Assembly: GCA_028710695.1 (NCBI GenBank)
Contig: JAQTTP010000002.1
Location: 30,001-62,000 of the forward strand
Source of the DNA: Candidatus Iainarchaeum sp.
GTDB lineage: Archaea; Iainarchaeota; Iainarchaeia; Iainarchaeales; 0-14-0-20-30-16
Length of the DNA: 32,000 bases
Direction of reading: 5' to 3'
Part shown: piece by piece, positions 17,179 through 24,150 of the stretch
Layout: every line of letters begins with the position of its first letter
Position numbering within the stretch: position 1 is the stretch's first letter
Notes under the pieces: model-generated
Database searches by the model: none
The model's input: only the letters and a program-made list of their open reading frames with translations
Told to the model about the DNA's origin: nothing
Position numbers and translations under genes: made by a program

Positions 17179-17256
17179 TTGGTCCGACAAAAATATAAAT
17201 ATATGTCTGACCACACGTGTGGTCTGACAAATCACACCGCCATTGTTTGACCACAC
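17179..17256 (-). promoter_or_regulatory. Double inverted-repeat operator spanning the TATA box of the second Fic gene
   Basis: Read in the gene's direction: GTGTGGTCAAAC-N16-GTCAGACCACAC|GTGTGGTCAGAC-N16(ATATATTTATATTTTT)-GTCGGACCAA. The core GACCACACGTGTGGTC (17209-17224) is a perfect 16-bp palindrome. Confidence 0.6.
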
Positions 17257-17316
17257 AAGGATTGTACAATTTTTTTATTTTATATTTTTAATTACAAACT
17301 ATAAGGTAATAAAAAT

Positions 17317-17350
17317 GCAGGTAGGGGAAAAAGACTAAATCGCGGGGGTC
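17317..17350 (+). repeat. Copy B of the purine-rich repeat
   Basis: GCAGGTAGGGGAAAAAGACTAAATCGCGGGGGTC. It matches copy A over about the first 26 nt, apart from a 1-nt indel and about 2 substitutions. Confidence 0.6.
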
Positions 17351-17360
17351 ATGCTTATTT

Positions 17361-17587
17361 CGTAATCGTGATTATTATAATCACACTTACGATTTTTACA
17401 AGGGGCCAAAATATGGCGGTTATAATCATAGCCTTTATAAACCTCTGCAGTGCCACTGCACACTTTTACCGGTTTTTGTTCACTGGCAGTGCACACTTTT
17501 TTCGTATTCCTAAACCATTTATAAAGGGTTCTACTGACAGTAGAAGCTTTTGTCTATTGCCAATAGAAACCCCAAGCCCATTCTTGG
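17361..17587. repeat. Cluster of odd-length perfect palindromes and a 14-nt direct repeat in a region that is probably non-coding
   Basis: Palindromes: 17361-17391 CGTAAtcGTGATTATtATAATCACacTTACG; 17447-17459 GCAGTGcCACTGC; 17481-17491 CACTGgCAGTG; 17531-17543 CTACTGaCAGTAG; 17554-17566 CTATTGcCAATAG; 17572-17587 CCAAG-N6-CTTGG. CA(C/G)TGCACACTTTT occurs twice, at 17454 and 17487. Confidence 0.7.
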
Positions 17588-17679
17588 CATTAATTTACCC
17601 ATTTTTTGTCAAGTTTGTAGGCAGTCCCTTAAAACAAAGGAATTTGTGGTGGGGGAAAAGAAAGAAGATAAAAAGACGA

Positions 17680-17713
17680 GCAGGGAAAAAAGGGATAAAC
17701 CGCTTTAGTTAGG
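17680..17713 (+). repeat. Copy C (more diverged) of the purine-rich repeat
   Basis: GCAGGGAAAAAAGGGATAAACCGCTTTAGTTAGG. It shares the GCAGG start, the TAAACCGC core and the GTTAGG end with copy A. Confidence 0.45.
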
Positions 17714-17751
17714 CAAAAAGATAAATAATCCCTACCAGCTAATTATTCAAT

Positions 17752-18165
17752 ATGTTAAAAAATCACCTTTCCGCAAAAGAATTAAACCAAGTTGTAGATT
17801 TAGACAAAGAAGCCCATAAAGAAATTTCATGGTGGAAAAGAACTGGCAAAAAGGATTTCCAGCTTCAAAACAAAGCAATGTTTTTGTATATGATCTATGA
17901 CAAAGACAAGGTTATTGGTTTCATCAGATTATCAGAAGACAAAAGGCGAACCAAACAGAAGACAATATGTATTGAAGACATTTTCATTAAGAAAGAATTT
18001 AGAAAAAGAGGGTATGGAAAGAAAGCACTAAAGAACATAATTTCAGCCCTTAAGAAAGACAAAGTAAAAGTAATAAAAGTCATTGCTCCAAAACAGTTTC
18101 AAAAAAAGCTTTATGAAGCAGTGGGATTTAAGGCCCAATATGTTTGTTTGGATATGAAACTATAA
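17752..18165 (+). CDS. GNAT family N-acetyltransferase
   Basis: 137 aa, with the motif A region IEDIFIKKEFRKRGYGKKALKNII. Confidence 0.8.
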   Translation: MLKNHLSAKELNQVVDLDKEAHKEISWWKRTGKKDFQLQNKAMFLYMIYDKDKVIGFIRLSEDKRRTKQKTICIEDIFIKKEFRKRGYGKKALKNIISALKKDKVKVIKVIAPKQFQKKLYEAVGFKAQYVCLDMKL

Positions 18166-18198
18166 ATTACTCTGTCTTTTAGTTATTTTTAGGAATAA

Positions 18199-19050
18199 TT
18201 ACTTGTTTTCAATAGATAACACTAGATACATAAATGAACCTGTAAGATATAAAATAAATCTGGTTTCTTCACCATAATATTTTTCATTGTGTTTTACATT
18301 TTTGTTTTGATAGTTACAATAATAATTTATTAATTTTGTATATAGTTCTCGTATTTCTACAGACACGCCCTTATCTTTAAGGTAACCCCCAAGACTTTCT
18401 ATTTGGTTTTCTAGAGACTTATCGTTTTTTAATATCTTTTTGAGCAATTGTTCTAATGAAAATCTTAAATCATCCAAAATATTTCGCTCGTCTTTATTGG
18501 TTTCTTGTAGTTTTTTCAAAGCAGATATAAATTGTTTTTGTGACTCAGGATATTTAGTTAGCCACTTTATATCTTGCACCATAATTTCATCTAGCTCTTT
18601 AACCTCCGATGGATACAAAACAATACTATCTGCCAGTTCAACAAAACTAATTTTCAAACCGTTTATTTTTATTGACTTAATTATCAAATCAAAAAAATCA
18701 ACGTAAATTTTACTCCAATATTTATCTTTTTTTTCTTTTTTTAACATAGACAAAAATATCTCTAAACAACGATAAAACTCCAAATAAGAATTGGGGGCAT
18801 CAGAATAGGACAAGTAACTTTTTGACAAATTATGATAAATATGTGTATGGTCTTTAGTTCCAAAGAATGGTACCCTGTATACGATATGCAAATGTCTACA
18901 AAAAAGTTTATCGGCTTCAACAGGGAAAAGATCTGGAAATAAATCATTAAAACCATTTATAACATCCGCCTGAAATGCTGTAAATTTAGAAAAATCGTCT
19001 TTTTTAATTCCAAAACGGTCATTAAAATCAATAGTTAATTTTTCATCCAC
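18199..19050 (-). CDS. Hypothetical protein whose C-terminal helical region is patterned like Abi_C/HEPN
   Basis: GTG start preceded by GAGGAAGTGAAT. The C-terminal DDLRFSLEQLLKKILKNDKSLENQIESLGGYLKDKG...YQNKNVKH follows the Abi_C layout, but a Gln sits where the HEPN Arg is expected. It is the last gene of a four-gene operon. Confidence 0.5.
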   Translation of the reverse strand: MDEKLTIDFNDRFGIKKDDFSKFTAFQADVINGFNDLFPDLFPVEADKLFCRHLHIVYRVPFFGTKDHTHIYHNLSKSYLSYSDAPNSYLEFYRCLEIFLSMLKKEKKDKYWSKIYVDFFDLIIKSIKINGLKISFVELADSIVLYPSEVKELDEIMVQDIKWLTKYPESQKQFISALKKLQETNKDERNILDDLRFSLEQLLKKILKNDKSLENQIESLGGYLKDKGVSVEIRELYTKLINYYCNYQNKNVKHNEKYYGEETRFILYLTGSFMYLVLSIENK

Positions 19051-19074
19051 CTTTTATTCACTTCCTCTTTTTGT

Positions 19075-19431
19075 TTAATACTTAATTTGGTTTATTACTT
19101 TGGTTCTTTGGTTTGGGTTGGCAGGGGTTTGGTTTTTAAATCTTAACCACTGCACATAATTAATATAAACTGTAATAAAAATAAAAACTAGTCCAATTTT
19201 TATTAAAATAATAAAAAAATCACTTATATTAGGTTTCAAAAAATAAGAGATCATTTCAAAGACAAGAAGCAACAATGCAACCATTAAAGATGCAATTACA
19301 CTTTGAACTATCTCTTTTTCATAAACAACAAAAAATCTTTTTTCACCCATAGAATAATTATAAAAGTCATCAAAGTTTGACTTTTTAGTTCCTTTTTCTC
19401 CAAAATTGCATAGTTGTTTTTTGTTTGTCAT
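19075..19431 (-). CDS. Small 2-TM membrane protein
   Basis: 118 aa with two hydrophobic helices (VIASLMVALLLLVFEMISYFL and FFIILIKIGLVFIFITVYINYV). Its ATG overlaps the upstream stop as ATGA. Confidence 0.55.
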   Translation of the reverse strand: MTNKKQLCNFGEKGTKKSNFDDFYNYSMGEKRFFVVYEKEIVQSVIASLMVALLLLVFEMISYFLKPNISDFFIILIKIGLVFIFITVYINYVQWLRFKNQTPANPNQRTKVINQIKY

Positions 19432-20144
19432 GCGAGATCACTACAAATTATATTTTTTACTTTATCATAATAACTTGAATTACCATTTAGCTTTATTTGC
19501 CTTACTGCACCCAATAAAAAATCTGTTGCAATATGTCCACCAATATAATTATAAGTTTCAACTATCGGAAAACAGTCAAAATCTATTGAATTATAAATAT
19601 GCTCTTTTAGGTACGGATTCTTTTTAGGAATAAATGCACAGCCAGAGGACGTCTCAGACAAATCATCTATTGTCACATAAAACTTATTTGACTTTATTTT
19701 AAAAAAGGCCTTATCCACATTGACATAAAAATTGCTACCCCAGAGATTAGATTTATACAAGGACAAGATTTGTTTTTGGAATACATTTAGCTCTTTGCTA
19801 AAAACAGTTTCTCCAGGTCCAACAGGAGCATAAAAAAACAAGGAATTTTCTAATTTATTAAACTTACTTAAAGATAATTCAATAAAACCAGACAAATTTT
19901 CGTTCAACAAGTCAGAAAAATGCAATTTAGGTAATCTTGAATTTATGCTTGGATAATCACAAAGATATTTTTTGCTAAGGTCTGCAGTAATATTTTTTAT
20001 TTTGTCAGCTTCAGAAGTTAATAACATACCAATGTATTTATCTTTTCCAAAATAGGACTCATCAAAGAACAGATCAACTCTATTATAAGCATCGTTAAAC
20101 TTAATTTTATTTAATCTTTCAACTAAAGATTCATTAACCAACAT
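19428..20144 (-). CDS. DUF3800-like protein
   Basis: The N-terminal VDLFFDESYFG resembles the iyiDESG motif, and the C-terminal GGHIATDFLLGAVRQ resembles lqlADliAGai. The ATG at 20144 is preferred; a TTG at 20222 would overlap the upstream gene by 47 nt. Confidence 0.45.
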   Translation of the reverse strand: MLVNESLVERLNKIKFNDAYNRVDLFFDESYFGKDKYIGMLLTSEADKIKNITADLSKKYLCDYPSINSRLPKLHFSDLLNENLSGFIELSLSKFNKLENSLFFYAPVGPGETVFSKELNVFQKQILSLYKSNLWGSNFYVNVDKAFFKIKSNKFYVTIDDLSETSSGCAFIPKKNPYLKEHIYNSIDFDCFPIVETYNYIGGHIATDFLLGAVRQIKLNGNSSYYDKVKNIICSDLA

Positions 20145-20175
20145 TAATTTCACGCCCAGTTCTTCTTTATTAATA

Positions 20176-20955
20176 TTAAGAAATATTATGGTGGTTTGCC
20201 TTTTCAGGCAAAGATATTTCAAAAACGATTGGAAAACTAATTTTTCTATAGCTATTTAATTCTTGCAAAGGTATTTTTACTTCTCCAATCTGACAGGTAA
20301 TCAACATTTTTTTTTCTTTTCTTATATCACAATCTATAAAATAGATATGGTTTTTTTCTTCTTTTACAAATACCCCAAATTGTTTTTTTCTGGACTTTAA
20401 GAAGAGTTCTATAATATAAGGGGGCGCAAATTTCCATTTATGGACAAATAAAAGTTCATAGATTACTGCGATTCCAAAAACAAATAATAAAATTATTTTG
20501 CTATCATAAGTTAATATCGGAGAAAGCATCAATGCTATCATTACTACAGACATAACAAAACAGACAATATAGTGAAACCCTTTTATAAAAAAAACCTTGT
20601 GCCGTATATTTTCAAAATTATTGTGGTCTTTTGGCAAAACAAACTTTGATTTTTTTTTGTTAAAAGTTTTGTTCACTGCATAATAAGAGCAGATCATAGA
20701 CGCGCTTTTATCCCATAATTCTTGAACTTTCCTACGATAGTGTTCTCTAAAAACAATAAAAAGGCAATAAATTACAAAACACATATAAACAAAAATTAAA
20801 TACAATTGGCTATCAACTGCATAATATTGCAGATATTTTAAAAACAAATAATTTATTACCAAAGATAAGCAAAAAGGAAAGATCACTAAACTACAATATT
20901 CGGAGAATCGTTCTGTTCCAAATAAATTAAGAATATCATTAATATTAAATTCCAC
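20176..20955 (-). CDS. 4-TM membrane protein with a ~85-aa soluble C-terminal domain and no recognisable family
   Basis: It has two helical hairpins. The GTG at 20955 lies 8 nt after GAGGAAG, the same GAGGAAGTGAAT box found ahead of 18199-19050. The alternative GTG is at 20964. Confidence 0.5.
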   Translation of the reverse strand: MEFNINDILNLFGTERFSEYCSLVIFPFCLSLVINYLFLKYLQYYAVDSQLYLIFVYMCFVIYCLFIVFREHYRRKVQELWDKSASMICSYYAVNKTFNKKKSKFVLPKDHNNFENIRHKVFFIKGFHYIVCFVMSVVMIALMLSPILTYDSKIILLFVFGIAVIYELLFVHKWKFAPPYIIELFLKSRKKQFGVFVKEEKNHIYFIDCDIRKEKKMLITCQIGEVKIPLQELNSYRKISFPIVFEISLPEKANHHNIS

Positions 20956-20960
20956 GCCAT

Positions 20961-21053
20961 TCACTTCCTCATCAAACTTTCCTCAATAATCTTTTTTTCT
21001 TCTTCAGTCAGATCATAAAGGTTGTAGACTAATTGATCTATTTCATTATCTAT
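20961..21053 (-). pseudogene. 30-codon relic of the C-terminus of an R-M/BREX-type N6-adenine methyltransferase or type IIG enzyme
   Basis: The translation is IDNEIDQLVYNLYDLTEEEKKIIEESLMRK*. It is preceded by an in-frame stop and has no start codon. The IDxLVYxLYxLTEEExxII tail is a common C-terminal signature of such enzymes. Confidence 0.5.
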
Positions 21054-21161
21054 TCATCCAAAACAGTCTTAAATAATATAGTTACAAAAACATTATAAAT
21101 CAAAACAAATAAACTTGACAAAACCGGTTTGTTTTTATGGTTTTCGTCATGTTATGATTTT

Positions 21162-21833
21162 GTGAAGATTAAAGATTTGCCAGAACAAAACAGACCCAGA
21201 GAAAGATTTTTGAAACAAGGCGCAGAAGCCTTAAGTGATGCAGAGCTTTTCGCAATAATTTTAAGAACAGGAACTATAACTGAAAATGTTATTGATATGT
21301 CCAATAGATTAATTAAAGAGTATGGATTAGACAAATTATTTGAATGTTCATTAAAAGAACTACAAAAAATAAAGGGCATAGGTCCAAGTAAGGCAATGCA
21401 GATTTTAGCAATATCTGAATTAGGAAAAAGGCACAATCAATCAAAAAAAACCCTCAAACAGATTTCTTCAGCAAAAGAGGTTTTTAACCTATTTCATGAA
21501 AGATTAAAAGATGAAAAACAAGAAAACTTTTATGTGTTGATGTTAAATAATAAGAATTATATAATTAAAGAAGAATTAATAACAAAAGGAATTCTTGATT
21601 CCACAATCATACACCCAAGAGAAATTTTCAAACCAGCAATAAAGAATTCTTCTGCAAGAATAATTTTAGTACATAATCACCCTTCTGGAGATCCCGCACC
21701 AAGTGAAGAAGATGTAAAAGTAACACAGCAAATCAAAGAAGCTTCAAAGGTTATAGGCATAGAATTAGCAGATCACATAATTATCGGAACAGACAATTAC
21801 TATAGCTTCAAACAAAAGTCTATAGATTTTTAA
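21162..21833 (+). CDS. radC: RadC-like JAB/MPN domain protein
   Basis: VKIKDLPEQNRPRERF...SDAELFAIILRTGT, a HhH region KGIGPSKA, and the JAMM motif HNHPSGDPAPSEED. The GTG at 21162 is preferred. Confidence 0.85.
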   Translation: MKIKDLPEQNRPRERFLKQGAEALSDAELFAIILRTGTITENVIDMSNRLIKEYGLDKLFECSLKELQKIKGIGPSKAMQILAISELGKRHNQSKKTLKQISSAKEVFNLFHERLKDEKQENFYVLMLNNKNYIIKEELITKGILDSTIIHPREIFKPAIKNSSARIILVHNHPSGDPAPSEEDVKVTQQIKEASKVIGIELADHIIIGTDNYYSFKQKSIDF

Positions 21834-21840
21834 TTATAAT

Positions 21841-24150
21841 TCATCGTTCTGAAGAAACTTCAAATAAATGCTTTTGGAAATTAATAAAAGTAGCTCTTAT
21901 TTTATTAACACCGCCAAGTAATTCTGTTGCATCAGTTATTGCAAAATATTTAATTTTCAAAAGGTCAGGCAGTTTCTCTTGATCAAGTTCTTCAATACCT
22001 GTTTCAATATATTTAGACAAAACAAATTCTAAAAATTCTTTCTGATTATTATCTAGCGACTTAAATATATTGGATTGCGCATTAGCAACTCTTTTCTCTC
22101 TTGAAATTGGTCTAATTGCAAAAGAAATATATTCTAATACATCAAATATATCACTATTTTCCGCGTTTATTAATTGCTGCAATGTTTTTAATTCATTCAG
22201 CCCATAGCCCGCACTCGCCAATTTATCAAATAAAGATTTCCTAGTTATAGGATTAGACCAAATTTTACGAAGTTCCGGTTCATTTTTAAAAAAACCAGGT
22301 AATTTTCCGTACAGGTTTTGTAAAAACTCTTCTGCAGAAATTGGTTTTCCGTTTGCACCCCAAAATGATGTCTGAATCATATGTTTAATTTCTCTTTCTT
22401 TTCCATCCGCCAGTTTTATTTTTATTTTTTTCTTTTTTGATTCAGCCTCTAACTCACCATCATAGGTTGCAGACGGTTCTTTTATTATTAAAGACTTAGA
22501 ACCACCCTTTGGTGGTTCTGCTGGATCTAAAGGCTCACCATCCCATTCGGGGTCACTAAAATGGTGATAAGCATCAACAAAATCATAAATTGTAAAAAAC
22601 TCTTTCCCATCAAATAATCTTGTGCCACGCCCGACAATTTGTTTAAATTCTATCATTGAATTAATTGGACGCATTAAGATAATATTGCGAATATTTCTTG
22701 CATCAACACCTGTTGAAAGCTTTTGTGAAGTAGTAAGAATTGTAGGAATAGTTTTTTCATTATCTCTAAATTCTGCTAAATATTGATCCCCTAGTTTACC
22801 ATCGTTAGCAGCAACACGCACACAATAATTTGGTTCTTTGCTTTTCTTATATTGATTAATTAGATCCCTTATTGCCTGGGCATGATTTTGATTTGCACAA
22901 AAAACAATTGCTTTTTCCTTTTGATTAATTTCAGATAATAATATCTTTACTCTTTTTGACTCACGTTCTTTAATTTCAATTATTCTATTGAAATCTGATT
23001 CAATATAACGTTTTCCTTGTTCTACTTCACCCTCAATAACTTTATCATCAGAAGTATAAACATAATCATCCAAAGTTGTTTTAATTCTTCTAACCTTAAA
23101 AGGAGTTAAAAAACCGTCATTAATTCCTTCTTTTAATGAATAAATATACACTGGATCTCCGAAATATTTGTAAGTATCTGCATTTTCTTTTCTTTTAGGA
23201 GTAGCGGTTAAACCTAATTGAACTGCGGGAGAGAAATATTCCATTATCGCCCGCCAATTACCTTCATCATTTGCTCCACCTCTATGACATTCATCAATAA
23301 TTATTAAATCAAAATAATCTTTTGGATATTGCCCAAAATAAGGAGTATTATTTGGACCGCTCATGAATGTTTGAAATATTGTAAAAAATATACTGCCATT
23401 TGTTGGCACATGCCCTTTTTTTCTTATTTCTTCTGGTTTAATTCTTATTAAAGCATCTTCTGGAAATGCAGAAAATTCATTAAAGGCTTGATTTGCTAAA
23501 ATATTTCTATCTGTAAGAAATAATATTCTGGGTCTTCTTGCACCATCTTGTTTTAAATTCCAACGTGTTTGAAAAAGTTTCCAAGCAATTTGAAAAGCAA
23601 TAGTTGTTTTTCCTGTTCCTGTTGCAAGCGTTAATAATAATCTATTTTTTCCTTCTGCAATGGCATCTAAAACTTTATTTGTTGCAATCTCTTGATAAAA
23701 TCTAGGGTCATAAATTCCACCTTTAGGAATTGCATTAAATTTTTCTTTCCAGTCATTTTGAACTCTAAAAGTTTTATTCCATAATTCATCTGGTGTTGGA
23801 AATCTTGTTATTAGCCCTTCTTTACCAGTTTCCATATTTATTTGGTAAATCTCTTTCCCATTTGTTGAAAAAGTGAAATCAATGTGTAATTTTTCTGCAT
23901 AATTTTTTGCTTGAGCAACACCTTCTCCAACTTCAAAACAACTTTCTTTAGCCTCAATAACTGCAAGTTTACGCCCTTTATATGACAATACGTAATCTGC
24001 CCTAAGAGGACTAGCCCTTATATTGCCTGTTTGAATTCTACCTAAAGTAATTGGAAAATTTCTGTTAATTTTAGAACCCTCAATTATGCCCCAACCACTT
24101 TCTTTTAATTTTGGGTCAATAAGTTCTGCCCTAGTGTCATCTTCACTCAT
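21841..24150 (-). CDS. hsdR: Type I restriction enzyme, R subunit
   Basis: The N-terminal nuclease region is MSEDDTRAELIDPKL...VIEAK. Helicase motifs are LATGTGKT and IIIDECHRGG. The C-terminal region is EcoEI_R_C-like. The ATGA overlap links it to hsdS. Confidence 0.95.
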   Translation of the reverse strand: MSEDDTRAELIDPKLKESGWGIIEGSKINRNFPITLGRIQTGNIRASPLRADYVLSYKGRKLAVIEAKESCFEVGEGVAQAKNYAEKLHIDFTFSTNGKEIYQINMETGKEGLITRFPTPDELWNKTFRVQNDWKEKFNAIPKGGIYDPRFYQEIATNKVLDAIAEGKNRLLLTLATGTGKTTIAFQIAWKLFQTRWNLKQDGARRPRILFLTDRNILANQAFNEFSAFPEDALIRIKPEEIRKKGHVPTNGSIFFTIFQTFMSGPNNTPYFGQYPKDYFDLIIIDECHRGGANDEGNWRAIMEYFSPAVQLGLTATPKRKENADTYKYFGDPVYIYSLKEGINDGFLTPFKVRRIKTTLDDYVYTSDDKVIEGEVEQGKRYIESDFNRIIEIKERESKRVKILLSEINQKEKAIVFCANQNHAQAIRDLINQYKKSKEPNYCVRVAANDGKLGDQYLAEFRDNEKTIPTILTTSQKLSTGVDARNIRNIILMRPINSMIEFKQIVGRGTRLFDGKEFFTIYDFVDAYHHFSDPEWDGEPLDPAEPPKGGSKSLIIKEPSATYDGELEAESKKKKIKIKLADGKEREIKHMIQTSFWGANGKPISAEEFLQNLYGKLPGFFKNEPELRKIWSNPITRKSLFDKLASAGYGLNELKTLQQLINAENSDIFDVLEYISFAIRPISREKRVANAQSNIFKSLDNNQKEFLEFVLSKYIETGIEELDQEKLPDLLKIKYFAITDATELLGGVNKIRATFINFQKHLFEVSSER

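Noticed and set aside
16230-17216. The ORF-track N-terminal extension of the second Fic gene (MWSDIYLYFCRTNIII...)
   Set aside because: The paralog alignment starts at MGLKVK (ATG at 17168), giving the same 312-aa length as the first copy. The extension covers the TATA box and the operator half-sites.
11544-17256. The idea that the inverted Fic paralogs are ends of an invertible or mobile segment
   Set aside because: The copies are only about 60% identical at protein level, with no long identical DNA stretch visible. No recombinase, integrase or transposase is present. The cargo between them is ordinary metabolic and transport genes.
17368-17712. A 114-aa plus-strand ORF inside the palindrome-rich region
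   Set aside because: The translation (MIIIITLTIFTRGQNMAVIIIAF...WWGKRKKIKRRAGKKGINRFS) is low-complexity. It reads straight through multiple perfect palindromes and the purine-rich repeat. It has no ribosome-binding site and no recognisable motif. I treat the region as non-coding.
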